Positions 19,472-28,417 of a DNA stretch of 64,000 bases are shown here, in pieces. Numbering within the stretch: the stretch's first letter is position 1; every line of letters begins with the position of its first letter. Under the pieces are notes generated by a model that was given only the letters and a program-made list of their open reading frames with translations, was not told where the DNA came from and made no database searches. Location of the stretch: IMG/VR virus record IMGVR_UViG_3300047469_000103, positions 64,001 to 128,000 of that record, one strand, 5' to 3'. This stretch comes from a virus (taxonomy: Duplodnaviria > Caudoviricetes). A program made the position numbers and the translations under genes.

Positions 19472-19760
19472 CGGTGAAAAGATGGCCGCGTTTTCGTTGT
19501 CAGAAATGAATCAATTAAACGATTACGCGAAGCAGGCGAAGGCCAACACGGAAGGCTTGAACCTGCTTGTTGTTGCGCATAACCAGACAATTGCACAAAA
19601 TAATTTGATGGTAGATATTGCGAAACAACAGGAAGCGCGAGCAAATGACAACTACGCGCTTTATGTGAGGGAATTCAACGCCCACGAACAGGATAAAACT
19701 TGGTGGGCTGTTGAAAAGATATTTTGGCAAGCGCTAGCCATCATCGGCATGGCGCTCTAG
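19314..19760 (+). CDS. Putative lipoprotein spanin (o-spanin or unimolecular-like)
   Basis: GAGG RBS; MRLILLILILLLPA|C lipoprotein-like signal, coiled-coil body and hydrophobic C-terminus; overlaps the holin 3' end by 158 nt. Confidence 0.55.
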   Translation: MRLILLILILLLPACAQQMSNQPPAPMQLNKLEKTTLSASLPDKPIPKAVTVDGEKMAAFSLSEMNQLNDYAKQAKANTEGLNLLVVAHNQTIAQNNLMVDIAKQQEARANDNYALYVREFNAHEQDKTWWAVEKIFWQALAIIGMAL

Positions 19761-19769
19761 GGGGATGTG

Positions 19770-20213
19770 ATGCGAATTAGCAATAGTTTTACCGATGCAG
19801 ATGTGAGCTTCGATCTGATCGCGATCAAAAACAAAATCAATAACACTGCACCGCGTTCGGCTCTGCTGAACGCTGAAGTGTTGGCGGAAAACATTCTTGA
19901 ACCGCTGAAAGAAAAGTTCGATTTTCGTGTAGTCAGTTGGTATCGCAGCGCCGTGCTTGAGCGCGAGTATTGCAAAGGTTCTTTTCACGAATGGACGCGC
20001 GCACAAGGCGTAGCATTCAACGACCGTAACTGGTACGAATACCTCAAGGAAAAGCAACACGTTCTCGGTTGTGCCGTGGCGATTGTAGGTTCCGATAATT
20101 CCGCAATTTTCGAATGGTTGCAAACGCAGACCTTCGACATTTTGCAGATGCGTGACGGATACATTCATGTGTCCTACGTCAAAGATGCAAACCGCATGCT
20201 CGTACTGAGCTAA
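19770..20213 (+). CDS. Peptidase M15-like protein (endolysin-like, degenerate zinc site)
   Basis: 'L.ENILEPLK', 'SWYRS', 'QHVLGCAVAI' and 'YIHVSY' match the M15A 'SGYRS...SQH..G.AAD...IHVS' pattern, with Asp replaced by Ala. Confidence 0.65.
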   Translation: MRISNSFTDADVSFDLIAIKNKINNTAPRSALLNAEVLAENILEPLKEKFDFRVVSWYRSAVLEREYCKGSFHEWTRAQGVAFNDRNWYEYLKEKQHVLGCAVAIVGSDNSAIFEWLQTQTFDILQMRDGYIHVSYVKDANRMLVLS

Positions 20214-20222
20214 TTCCGAAGC

Positions 20223-20263
20223 AAAAAAAGCCCCGTTTCCGTAATTGGATTCGGGGCTTTTTT
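20223..20263. terminator. Bidirectional intrinsic terminator at the strand convergence
   Basis: AAAAAAGCCCCG...CGGGGCTTTTTT between convergent gene blocks. Confidence 0.9.
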
Positions 20264-20267
20264 CGTT

Positions 20268-20543
20268 TCAGTCGTCGGAATCTAAATCCTCTTCGACTGG
20301 TGGAGCATCGTCGGTTTCAAACCAAGTTTTCTTGCCGGTGAACCAGCAATTCATTGGTACGTGTACGCGACAAAACAAGTGGCCGGAAAATTCGCTGAAT
20401 GGTCGGCTTCCCATTTCGCCCATGTAGCCGACGAATTGCAAATCACCGTAAACTTCTACCAGCGTTGGACGCGCTTTACTGTCGGGCAAGTTGATGAAAA
20501 AGAATCCATCACGTTTTACCTTATCGAAAGGGATTACATTCAT
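20268..20543 (-). CDS. Hypothetical protein, YW-family paralog
   Basis: Start MNVIPFDK at an ATGA overlap; shares its pattern with the 21462-23478 ORFs. Confidence 0.6.
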   Translation of the reverse strand: MNVIPFDKVKRDGFFFINLPDSKARPTLVEVYGDLQFVGYMGEMGSRPFSEFSGHLFCRVHVPMNCWFTGKKTWFETDDAPPVEEDLDSDD

Positions 20544-21124
20544 GACCACTTCGCCGTCAGTTCTGTGTCCAATTCTTTCCAGTCCATTCCACGCGCTTGC
20601 AGAACAGATTGAATATTGTCGTTGCAACCTTTGTCCTGATTGCACGCCAGCATAACGTATTTCGAATTACCGGCGACGATGCTTTCAAAAACATTCAGCG
20701 CCAAAGTATCTTCGACAATGCGACCATTCACATTCATGAATTGATCGACTTTTGGCATCTTGCTATCCGTCATGACCGGGCGCAGAATCGCACGCATAAC
20801 GTGTTGCATGATTTTGTCCATGTTCCCGGCCATCATCAAATCAACATCCGGCCCGTAGATAAACGACGGGTAGAAATTAACTGGCAATGTGGAATCAATT
20901 TTGGTGATGTGTGGCGCGATGTTTACGAATTCGTTATTCGACTGGTACACACCGTTAATGCCTTCGAACGCGTTGCCTAAGTTGCCATGCACGCGAGCGA
21001 ATTTCTCGCCGTTGCAAATGTGCGTATACCGGATTTTACTGTCCACGGTATACGACGGAAACAATTGCAACATTCCGTCTTCTAACACGCGATTCATTTG
21101 TGATTCAGAGAGCAGCAACGCCAT
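20540..21124 (-). CDS. Hypothetical protein
   Basis: 194-aa ORF, coupled. Confidence 0.65.
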   Translation of the reverse strand: MALLLSESQMNRVLEDGMLQLFPSYTVDSKIRYTHICNGEKFARVHGNLGNAFEGINGVYQSNNEFVNIAPHITKIDSTLPVNFYPSFIYGPDVDLMMAGNMDKIMQHVMRAILRPVMTDSKMPKVDQFMNVNGRIVEDTLALNVFESIVAGNSKYVMLACNQDKGCNDNIQSVLQARGMDWKELDTELTAKWS

Positions 21125-21359
21125 TGGTAAGCCTCACACTGAAACGTTCCAACCCTAAACTATCAGCGAAGCATTTTGCTGTATCAAGCTGACGGGTTGT
21201 GTATGGATAATTATCGAGCCGACGCAGGAAGTACACAGTTCCATTCTCGTGCATAAGCTCAATGGTATATTCGTTGTCGTCTTTTGATTGACGCACCGCT
21301 GTCATGCTAAGCAGATTTTTCCGAAGCTTTTGCGCTTCTTGTTTTGTAATCGAAAGCAT
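21105..21359 (-). CDS. Hypothetical protein
   Basis: Start MLSITKQ; 84 aa. Confidence 0.55.
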   Translation of the reverse strand: MLSITKQEAQKLRKNLLSMTAVRQSKDDNEYTIELMHENGTVYFLRRLDNYPYTTRQLDTAKCFADSLGLERFSVRLTNGVAAL

Positions 21360-21422
21360 TTTGTAACATCCGTTTATGTGCGCCCGCCATCGACACACGC
21401 AGGTCTGAAACCCATGATTGAT

Positions 21423-21452
21423 AAAAGAGTGTGCAGGATTACACACTCTCTT
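21423..21452 (-). terminator. Probable intrinsic terminator (- strand)
   Basis: Minus strand reads AGAGTGTG-taatcctg-CACACTCT-TTT, after the stop at 21462. Confidence 0.55.
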
Positions 21453-21461
21453 AAATTAGCA

Positions 21462-21767
21462 CTAACGAGAGTATGGGTGCCGTGATCGGGCCTCAGACTT
21501 TTTCTTTTTGATAACGTTTCGAACCACAGCCTTATCGCCGGGGAAGAAATCAATTGCAGTCGGCTCTTCAATTTCCATGAACAGAAAATCTTTCATTTGA
21601 TTGATCGGTCGAACCTGATCGGTGCCAAGAAATTGCACGTGAATCATCGGCATTTCCCCAGCCGGTAAATACGTGCGAATTTGTGTCGGCTCTGTCGGAG
21701 TATCCTTTTCGATAATCCAGTAAGATGTGTTCGGGCTTGTTTCCATCCACGACTTCGGCGTCTTCAT
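21462..21767 (-). CDS. Hypothetical protein, YW-family paralog
   Basis: 101 aa; 'TSYWII...FLG...FLFMEIEEP'. Confidence 0.6.
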   Translation of the reverse strand: MKTPKSWMETSPNTSYWIIEKDTPTEPTQIRTYLPAGEMPMIHVQFLGTDQVRPINQMKDFLFMEIEEPTAIDFFPGDKAVVRNVIKKKKSEARSRHPYSR

Positions 21768-21793
21768 GGAAAGTCCTTTTTGGTCAGTAGGGT

Positions 21794-22087
21794 TTATTCT
21801 TCTTCGTCACGCGCTTGCAGCAACTCAGGGAATTGCTTTTCTTCTGCGTGGTCTTTCCACACTTGAATATCAATGTGTGGGATTTCGATAAACATGCAGT
21901 CGTCGAACAGTTCGGCGCTATCGCCGTGTTCGTTTTCTTCCAACTGGATTTGCATTTCGCCCGGTCGGCTGTTGTACAGATACGTCTTGCAAACGCGGTG
22001 CTGATCGACAGGAAGAATGACCAAACTTTTCGGGAAAATCCAATAGTGTTTATCGGCTTCCAGTTCGTGCGCTTCTAGAATTTTCAT
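21794..22087 (-). CDS. Hypothetical protein, YW-family paralog
   Basis: GAGGTG RBS; 'ELEADKHYWIF...MFIEIP'. Confidence 0.65.
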   Translation of the reverse strand: MKILEAHELEADKHYWIFPKSLVILPVDQHRVCKTYLYNSRPGEMQIQLEENEHGDSAELFDDCMFIEIPHIDIQVWKDHAEEKQFPELLQARDEEE

Positions 22088-22094
22088 GTTCACC

Positions 22095-22382
22095 TCAGAA
22101 GTGAAGTTTCGATGGTGTGTCGTCAAAATCCGGTGCAGGTTCGATCCAACGTTTCGCTTTAATCAAATCGTATTGCATCGTTTCAGGCTTGACGATTTCG
22201 TACATGGAATAATCCGTCAAGCCGTCAATCTCACGAAAGATCGTCATGCGCCCGTCGATATTACGCAGCACCAAACGATCCCCGCGTAAAACACATTCAA
22301 CCAATTGCATGCCGGTGCCATCATTGCGAAAAAGCCAATAATGTTTATCCCGTTCTGCATCGGTAGGCATTAACAAAATCAT
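22095..22382 (-). CDS. Hypothetical protein, YW-family paralog
   Basis: 95 aa; 'AERDKHYWLF...LVEC...MYEIVKP'. Confidence 0.65.
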   Translation of the reverse strand: MILLMPTDAERDKHYWLFRNDGTGMQLVECVLRGDRLVLRNIDGRMTIFREIDGLTDYSMYEIVKPETMQYDLIKAKRWIEPAPDFDDTPSKLHF

Positions 22383-23050
22383 TCGTCGTCACCACGTCCG
22401 TAACGAGGCAGCATAATTCCGTCCTCTACATCAGCGCCCATGATGAATTTGTAAAACGCAGCAGACGGCGGCACACCGAGGCGAATGTAATGGGCGAGTC
22501 CGTCAGGCCATTTCCAGCCCTTGTATTCGAATTCGGAACAACCCAAATTTTCATTCGTCAAACGGCAGTAACTGTAACCGCGATACTTGACTTCTTTTGC
22601 AAGGTCTTCAGTGTCCACGAGTTTTTCGATGAATGCTTGCACGTTGAAACCCGCAATTTCCATCGGCACCGGCCACGGACAATCAGCGTCTTGCATGTTC
22701 GAATAATGCCGAACGTTTGCACCGGGCAATTCGTCTTTCGGCGGAATCACTTCGAAGCGGCGCCAGTAGCCTTCGATACGAAACGGGAACTTACTGTGTT
22801 GATTTACAGTATGGAATTTATGGAACGCGGCGTGTGCAATCTGATCCAGAATTCCACGACTGATTTTCGGTGCGTCGTCAATGCGGATGAAAATTTGCGT
22901 TTGATATTCGCTTGTGGACTGGTCGTTACTGTTGCCCGTAAACATCAGGGTAGTGCCGCTGATTTCCACCATGCACGGCTCTGCATCATTCACATCGCTG
23001 TACATCCAGTAATAGCCGTTAGTCAAACGATCCCACGTGAAAACGTTCAT
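22379..23050 (-). CDS. Hypothetical protein (YW-family N-domain fused to a conserved C-domain)
   Basis: 223 aa; 'NGYYWMY..PCMVEI'; C-domain 'YRGYSYCRL..ENLGCSEF...W.WP.GL.HYI'. Confidence 0.65.
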   Translation of the reverse strand: MNVFTWDRLTNGYYWMYSDVNDAEPCMVEISGTTLMFTGNSNDQSTSEYQTQIFIRIDDAPKISRGILDQIAHAAFHKFHTVNQHSKFPFRIEGYWRRFEVIPPKDELPGANVRHYSNMQDADCPWPVPMEIAGFNVQAFIEKLVDTEDLAKEVKYRGYSYCRLTNENLGCSEFEYKGWKWPDGLAHYIRLGVPPSAAFYKFIMGADVEDGIMLPRYGRGDDE

Positions 23051-23052
23051 GA

Positions 23053-23478
23053 TTATTCCTCGAAGTAGAGCAAGTCTTTTGGCACACGCGGCGCTTCGGC
23101 AACCGGGTAAAAGACGTGAGTATTTTCACGGAAACGAATTAACTCAGGATCGTTCATGGCGATGCACGTGTAAATCGTTTCGTCTTTGGTGTTGCGCACG
23201 ACAATTTCAATAATGTCGCGCTCCGTGGCGTCCGCCCGGTCAATCATCCAGTACATAATGCCGACTTCCAGATTGCGCCAGTCAGTAATAAATTCTGGTT
23301 CTTTCGGTTCTGGAAAATCAGCCCAGTATGGATACGCCTGCGGAATACTGGTAACGTGATCTACACTAACCGCCGTCCAATGCTTTTTGTTGATTTCGTA
23401 AGCCAAGACATTATGAACTGCCTTGTCACGCTCAGGCGGATTAACGCGGGTGGTGTATACTTCCAATTCCAACTTCAT
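23053..23478 (-). CDS. Hypothetical protein (C-terminal YW-family domain)
   Basis: 141 aa; 'DWRNLEVGIMYWMI...IIEI...FYPV'. Confidence 0.6.
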   Translation of the reverse strand: MKLELEVYTTRVNPPERDKAVHNVLAYEINKKHWTAVSVDHVTSIPQAYPYWADFPEPKEPEFITDWRNLEVGIMYWMIDRADATERDIIEIVVRNTKDETIYTCIAMNDPELIRFRENTHVFYPVAEAPRVPKDLLYFEE

Positions 23479-23804
23479 AGCTGGCCCTTAATAAGTTTCA
23501 TGACCGTTAGGCCGTGGCACTGTTTCGGAAAGCAATGACAAAGTAATCGAATTGATTCCCCTGCACTGTAGCGTTTCCGTAGCGCGTGAATTCGTTTAGC
23601 GAAGGGGCCGTTTTTCAACATTCGCGCCTTCGCCAGTTTCTCGTATTTCGCACAGACTTCCGCACGTGTGCCGTCTTTCCCAATATGATATTTGTTTCCA
23701 AAAATCGTATCGCGATTAATCAGCACATCGACATAGCCAAGCATCGGGCCGTCACTAACGCGGCCTAACGTGACCGAACCTGTGCGTGCAAACATGCCCG
23801 CCAT
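23475..23804 (-). CDS. DUF4326-family protein
   Basis: 'INRDTIFGNKYHIGKDGTRAEVCAKY...LLCHCFPKQCHG' matches the 'R.S.WGNP..IG.DGTR.EV..KY...L.C.C.P..CHG' pattern. Confidence 0.75.
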   Translation of the reverse strand: MAGMFARTGSVTLGRVSDGPMLGYVDVLINRDTIFGNKYHIGKDGTRAEVCAKYEKLAKARMLKNGPFAKRIHALRKRYSAGESIRLLCHCFPKQCHGLTVMKLIKGQL

Positions 23805-24493
23805 TATGCTGTGAAAAATTCAACAAATGTACGGCGTTCGGTTTCAAACATGTTTTCATAGAACGGCAGTGTCGGCATTGGCTCTGCGTGTTTGTAGATT
23901 GCCAGCCTGCGCACAAATGTGGTGGTCAAACGATTCTGCATCAACGCTTGCAACACTTCGTCTTCGGAAATCAGCTTGTTATTAACGACTTCGAAAACGT
24001 AAATGTCTTTCGCAACTTTCCAGTCACCGAACCAGTTTTCCAGATTGTCTACCCATCCGCTTTCATGCGTACCGAAAGTAATGCCGACTTGCTGGCGATT
24101 ATTCGTTTCGATATCTGCCAGAATGATTTGCGTACCCGGCAGACGAATGTGTATGTGAGGCAACTGGTCATCGCTCACCGGGAAATATTCAACCGGCATG
24201 CGGATTTTTTCTTTGATGTAGGCCATCACGCTAGTGAGTTTGTCTTCCGCTGCTTCGTATTCAATCAGCGACAAAACATGCGCTTCTTTTACGCGCTCGA
24301 AATAGGCGTCGAAGGTTTCGATTTCGTCAGGGAATGTGAAGGCGCCGGGAGTGCCGATGTACAGCGCGTTATCCGGGTAAAGTTGTACGTTCATTTCACG
24401 CTTATCAAACGCAATCGTGTTGTCTTTCGGGCAAACTTCAGATTTCGTTTGCATCAGATTTTCGACGTTAACGATAAACTCTTCGCGATTCAT
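23804..24493 (-). CDS. Hypothetical protein
   Basis: Start MNREEF at an ATGA overlap; 229 aa. Confidence 0.65.
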   Translation of the reverse strand: MNREEFIVNVENLMQTKSEVCPKDNTIAFDKREMNVQLYPDNALYIGTPGAFTFPDEIETFDAYFERVKEAHVLSLIEYEAAEDKLTSVMAYIKEKIRMPVEYFPVSDDQLPHIHIRLPGTQIILADIETNNRQQVGITFGTHESGWVDNLENWFGDWKVAKDIYVFEVVNNKLISEDEVLQALMQNRLTTTFVRRLAIYKHAEPMPTLPFYENMFETERRTFVEFFTA

Positions 24494-25164
24494 GCTGGTT
24501 CTCCACACGGGAATTTCGGACTGTACACGTGACCACGTTTCGGATGGCGTTCGGTTCCGTCGCTAATAAAATAGGCGCCGGGTGTACGGAAAATTTCAAT
24601 ACCGTGACGGGAACCATCGCGCATAATTCGCACAATATCTTTCATTTCACCTTCTGGTAAATCAGCCAGTCGGGTGATGGTTTTCGTGCCGCGTTCCGGG
24701 TGCGCAAACTGCACACCAGTACGGCGAATTTCAAACAGGCGCGGGCCACCGTTGTACAGGTAGCATTCGATAACCGGATTCGGCATATCGAGCAATTCAA
24801 CGTATTGCACGTAGGCTTCACGAACCTGTTCAATCATGAATTTGTGCGTGCGCAAAATCTCGCACGTCTTTTTGTGCCAAAGGATTTGGCGACGAATCAT
24901 AAACGCTAGCGTGTCATATACCCGGCTGTAGTCACCACTAATGGGCCACAGTTCCATCTTTGCACCGGGCGCATTATATTTCACTGTGCGAATTACACCG
25001 GCTTTTTCCGGGGCGTAAATCCCATCATCCAGCATCAGCACCAGCGAACCGCGTGCGTTTACAATGTACTCGCTTCCGAGGTGTTCTTCTCCGTGAGTGT
25101 TTTCACGGAATTGCGAAGCGCCCATCATCTGCAAGCATACGACTTTGAAATGATCTTGATTCAT
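24490..25164 (-). CDS. Hypothetical protein
   Basis: 224 aa, AAGGA RBS. Confidence 0.65.
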   Translation of the reverse strand: MNQDHFKVVCLQMMGASQFRENTHGEEHLGSEYIVNARGSLVLMLDDGIYAPEKAGVIRTVKYNAPGAKMELWPISGDYSRVYDTLAFMIRRQILWHKKTCEILRTHKFMIEQVREAYVQYVELLDMPNPVIECYLYNGGPRLFEIRRTGVQFAHPERGTKTITRLADLPEGEMKDIVRIMRDGSRHGIEIFRTPGAYFISDGTERHPKRGHVYSPKFPCGEPA

Positions 25165-25186
25165 GCCAAATCCTTTGTGTAGGTCT

Positions 25187-25720
25187 TTACTTTTTCTTTT
25201 TCACAATCGAGCCGATAGTCGATTTCTTCAACTTCGGCAATTCTTTAATTGCGTCCAACAACTTGTGATGCTCGCGGCTCAGCTTGTCACGAGCTTCCGG
25301 CAGCGTAAACCATTTACGTTTGCGCAGCTTCTTTTCGTCCCAATGATCCAGCGCAACATGGAACTGCATCGCGTACATCTTTACGATTTGTTTCATGCCG
25401 TCTTTCTTGTATTCAAACGTACCGATTTTCTTTGTAACGGTGCCGGTGATACCTGCCTCTTCGAAGCATTCTTTTGCCGCGTTAGCGCGTGCGTCCAAAT
25501 GCTTTTCCTGCCCGCCTTTGGTGAAACCCCACCATGCGCCTTTCTTCAGTTTTTTCACCAACAGAACTTGTCGCACGCCGTCAACGTCGCGGTATGGAAT
25601 ACAGCCAGACTGCAAGCGTACTTCTTTCGGCTTTTCTTTCTTCGATTTAGCAACAGCAATTTCAATATCCACGGAAACCTCAACAGTATGTGAGTGTGGG
25701 AAAGGCGCTTCCCACTCCAT
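25187..25720 (-). CDS. Nudix hydrolase (DIPP/Ap4A-hydrolase-like)
   Basis: 'SGCIPYR...VLLV...WGFTKGGQEKHLDARANAAKECFEEAGI' Nudix box; 'R.R.W'. Confidence 0.85.
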   Translation of the reverse strand: MEWEAPFPHSHTVEVSVDIEIAVAKSKKEKPKEVRLQSGCIPYRDVDGVRQVLLVKKLKKGAWWGFTKGGQEKHLDARANAAKECFEEAGITGTVTKKIGTFEYKKDGMKQIVKMYAMQFHVALDHWDEKKLRKRKWFTLPEARDKLSREHHKLLDAIKELPKLKKSTIGSIVKKKK

Positions 25721-25745
25721 TTTAAATTACCACTCACATACATAT

Positions 25746-26564
25746 TTACAGTTCTACGATCAGCACCTTATGCGTAACGTTTTCATTCATGAACGGGAAC
25801 AGTTGCGCCGCAAGGTCGGTGCCGTCTTCAACAGCCGTTGTTTTAAGCACAATTTCCGAATGTTGTACGCTGATTGCATTGCGCATGCGGCCAAAGAAAC
25901 GAGCGCCGTATTTTGCAGGAATAACCAACTGCATTTTGCTTTCGTCCATCACACCGTACACGCCGTTTTCGTCGTCGAGGTCACGCAAGAACCACGAGGC
26001 CAAAACGTCTTCGAATTGCTCTGGCGTTTTAACCATTCGCTCTTCGTAACGCATTGCTTCCATGTGCGGGAAAACCGATATCGCGCCCATTGCTGCAATG
26101 TGAAACTTTTTACGCGGTTCTTTTATCGGGCCGCAGTGCATGCAACTGAAACGGAAACCCGCAACCATGTTCGCGTCAACCTGTTCGGCATCCTTGATAT
26201 AGAAACGCAGGATGTGTTGGGTTTCGTCGATTTCGATTGTCGAGGTAAACGGTGCGTACTGGAAATACGCTTTGAACTTTTCCACTTCTTCGGCAGTGCG
26301 TGCGTGGAAGGATTGCATGTCCGCGTGCAGCCGATTTGCATGGATCATTACTTCTGCAAATTCCGGTTCTTCGTCTGCGCGATATTCGTCGATGTACGAA
26401 TCAATCCAGAAATAAGTTTCGCCAAACGTCAGCAGCAAACCATTCCACTCGTAAAACAATGCGTCGGGGCTTGGCCCTCTGCGCATCAGGCCGTCGTTTG
26501 GATCGCATGGAGTAGCGCCCATCAGTGCCAGAACTTCTAACGCTTTACTCAATGCTTCACTCAT
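25746..26564 (-). CDS. Hypothetical protein
   Basis: Start MSEALSK overlapping the upstream stop; 272 aa. Confidence 0.65.
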   Translation of the reverse strand: MSEALSKALEVLALMGATPCDPNDGLMRRGPSPDALFYEWNGLLLTFGETYFWIDSYIDEYRADEEPEFAEVMIHANRLHADMQSFHARTAEEVEKFKAYFQYAPFTSTIEIDETQHILRFYIKDAEQVDANMVAGFRFSCMHCGPIKEPRKKFHIAAMGAISVFPHMEAMRYEERMVKTPEQFEDVLASWFLRDLDDENGVYGVMDESKMQLVIPAKYGARFFGRMRNAISVQHSEIVLKTTAVEDGTDLAAQLFPFMNENVTHKVLIVEL

Positions 26565-27453
26565 TGGAAATATCCAGTTTAGGGCGAGCTTTTTTCGCTT
26601 CGTATTCACGCGATGGTTTCTTTTCACGCGGTTTGAAAAACGGCAGCCGGTCGATGAATTTAATTGTCGAAAGCGTCACCTCGTAACTGTCGTCAGGAAT
26701 CAACGCATTCACAAGCTGACTATCCGATTTCCGATGTGTCATTACTTCGATAGTTTCGAGTTTATCCACGCCGTAGGTGAACATCCAATGCAACCACTGG
26801 CCCGGTTCGCCTAGCGTGCTGATTTGGTCATTACCCTGTGCAGGCATTTTCGGATCGAATGCTTTTTCTGCCCACGCAGCAACGTCGTTACCGTTTTCTA
26901 CCCATGCGAAAAATTCGTCTTCTTCGTCTTCAACATCGTCGTAAAGCAAATGATCGCCAGCCATGCGAACATAAAACTTATTGTGTTCGGCATCATATTG
27001 CAGACGGAACAGAACGTGTTCCCAACCGCGAAGCGTGAATGTCACCGTGCGATTCTGCGTTTTCGATGGCTTGTATTCCACTGGCACGCGGCGTTCGTCA
27101 CAGTACGCTTTGATTTCTTCACAGAGACGATTACGACGGGTTAAAAGCTTGTCGTTTTTCTCTGCTTCTTTCGCCGCGATATTGCGAATGTCGATTTCAG
27201 TTGTAGCAGAAGCCGGGATGTTTAGGATTTGCCGCGCAGCAAATTGATTACGCAGATTGACCGTGTACATTTTGCCGCTATCACCCTGCTTGGCAACAGC
27301 GCCACGCAGCGGACGATGTGGCAAATGATTCGCGGGAAGAAAACGCACGATAACGCCATTCAGACTGAAGGAACGGCTATCGCCATTATCGGTGAAACCA
27401 AACGTCAACAATTGCATCGACAGAACGTCGCGAAACTCTTGATTAATTCGCAC
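26557..27453 (-). CDS. Hypothetical protein
   Basis: GTG start with GGAG RBS; 298 aa. Confidence 0.65.
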   Translation of the reverse strand: MRINQEFRDVLSMQLLTFGFTDNGDSRSFSLNGVIVRFLPANHLPHRPLRGAVAKQGDSGKMYTVNLRNQFAARQILNIPASATTEIDIRNIAAKEAEKNDKLLTRRNRLCEEIKAYCDERRVPVEYKPSKTQNRTVTFTLRGWEHVLFRLQYDAEHNKFYVRMAGDHLLYDDVEDEEDEFFAWVENGNDVAAWAEKAFDPKMPAQGNDQISTLGEPGQWLHWMFTYGVDKLETIEVMTHRKSDSQLVNALIPDDSYEVTLSTIKFIDRLPFFKPREKKPSREYEAKKARPKLDISNE

Positions 27454-27775
27454 GTTGGAATTTCTCCGTAATGGTGTAGGACATGCCGCGTTCGCAGCGC
27501 GCAAAAGCTTCTTCGTCTTTCTTGCCACGGGATTTAATGCCGAGCGATTCAGACTCGCCGTGACAGCGCACAATCAATTCGCCGCTGCCGCCTTTGTCGA
27601 GGTTGCAAAAACCTGCACCAACACATTCGATAAAACGGTGATCGGATTCCATCAGCGCACGCCAGCCACATTCCTTCATTTCTTTGTGGATCAGCACATA
27701 CGGAAACATGATTGGCAATTCGTGAGTGTTGCCGTGTTCGTCTTCCGATTTCAAAACAACGTATTTCATCAACAT
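27443..27775 (-). CDS. Hypothetical protein, 'MKYV...AGF...C.G.SESL..SR' family
   Basis: AGGA RBS; paralog of 28104-28415 and 32241-32471. Confidence 0.65.
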   Translation of the reverse strand: MLMKYVVLKSEDEHGNTHELPIMFPYVLIHKEMKECGWRALMESDHRFIECVGAGFCNLDKGGSGELIVRCHGESESLGIKSRGKKDEEAFARCERGMSYTITEKFQRAN

Positions 27776-27776
27776 G

Positions 27777-28103
27777 TTATTGTCCTGTTGTGTCGGTGAA
27801 AATAACCGCGCTGTCGATATTCTTGATCCAGACTTCAGCCAAGCGAATATGTTCGCCTTGATCGTCCCGATGCGACAGGTACTCGCGGTATTGACGCAGA
27901 CGCCGCTCAGCACGCATTTTCAAATAGGCGCGGGCTTCAGCTTCGGTGTCAAAACAAACGGTGGTGTAATCTTCGTCATCGTCATCGTCGGAATCAACTT
28001 CGAAGTTTTCCCACACCGTAGAAAATACTTGTGGGTAATATTTGCCACCCGCCAGCATGAGGCGATACGGCAGAATGTTTTCGTTAAAATCAGACGCGTT
28101 CAT
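27777..28103 (-). CDS. Hypothetical protein
   Basis: 108 aa with an acidic patch. Confidence 0.6.
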   Translation of the reverse strand: MNASDFNENILPYRLMLAGGKYYPQVFSTVWENFEVDSDDDDDEDYTTVCFDTEAEARAYLKMRAERRLRQYREYLSHRDDQGEHIRLAEVWIKNIDSAVIFTDTTGQ

Positions 28104-28415
28104 TTATACGCTTCCTTTGAGTGTGCTGTAGAAATATTGGTTAGAACGCTTGATGATTTCTTCGTCAATTGCGCCCCGGCTATCCAGCTTCAGCGATTCC
28201 GAACGCCCGTGGCAATACGGCTTCCCGTCGAGGCCAATGTCTACAAAACCAGCCGAAACAATTTCGTCCATTTGTATGTGCGTATGGCGACGGAACCGGG
28301 CGAAGTCTGCATGAACAATAATGCCGGGGAACAGGAAAGCGATAGCATGGCGTTCATCCGTCACGCTACCATTCTCGCGTTTATCACCTTCAAAAATAAC
28401 GTACTTGAATTGCAC
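28104..28415 (-). CDS. Hypothetical protein, 'MKYV...SAGF' family
   Basis: GTG start, GGAGG RBS; 'FPGIIVHADF...IVSAGF...CHGRSESLKLDSRG..DEEII'. Confidence 0.7.
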   Translation of the reverse strand: MQFKYVIFEGDKRENGSVTDERHAIAFLFPGIIVHADFARFRRHTHIQMDEIVSAGFVDIGLDGKPYCHGRSESLKLDSRGAIDEEIIKRSNQYFYSTLKGSV

Positions 28416-28417
28416 GC

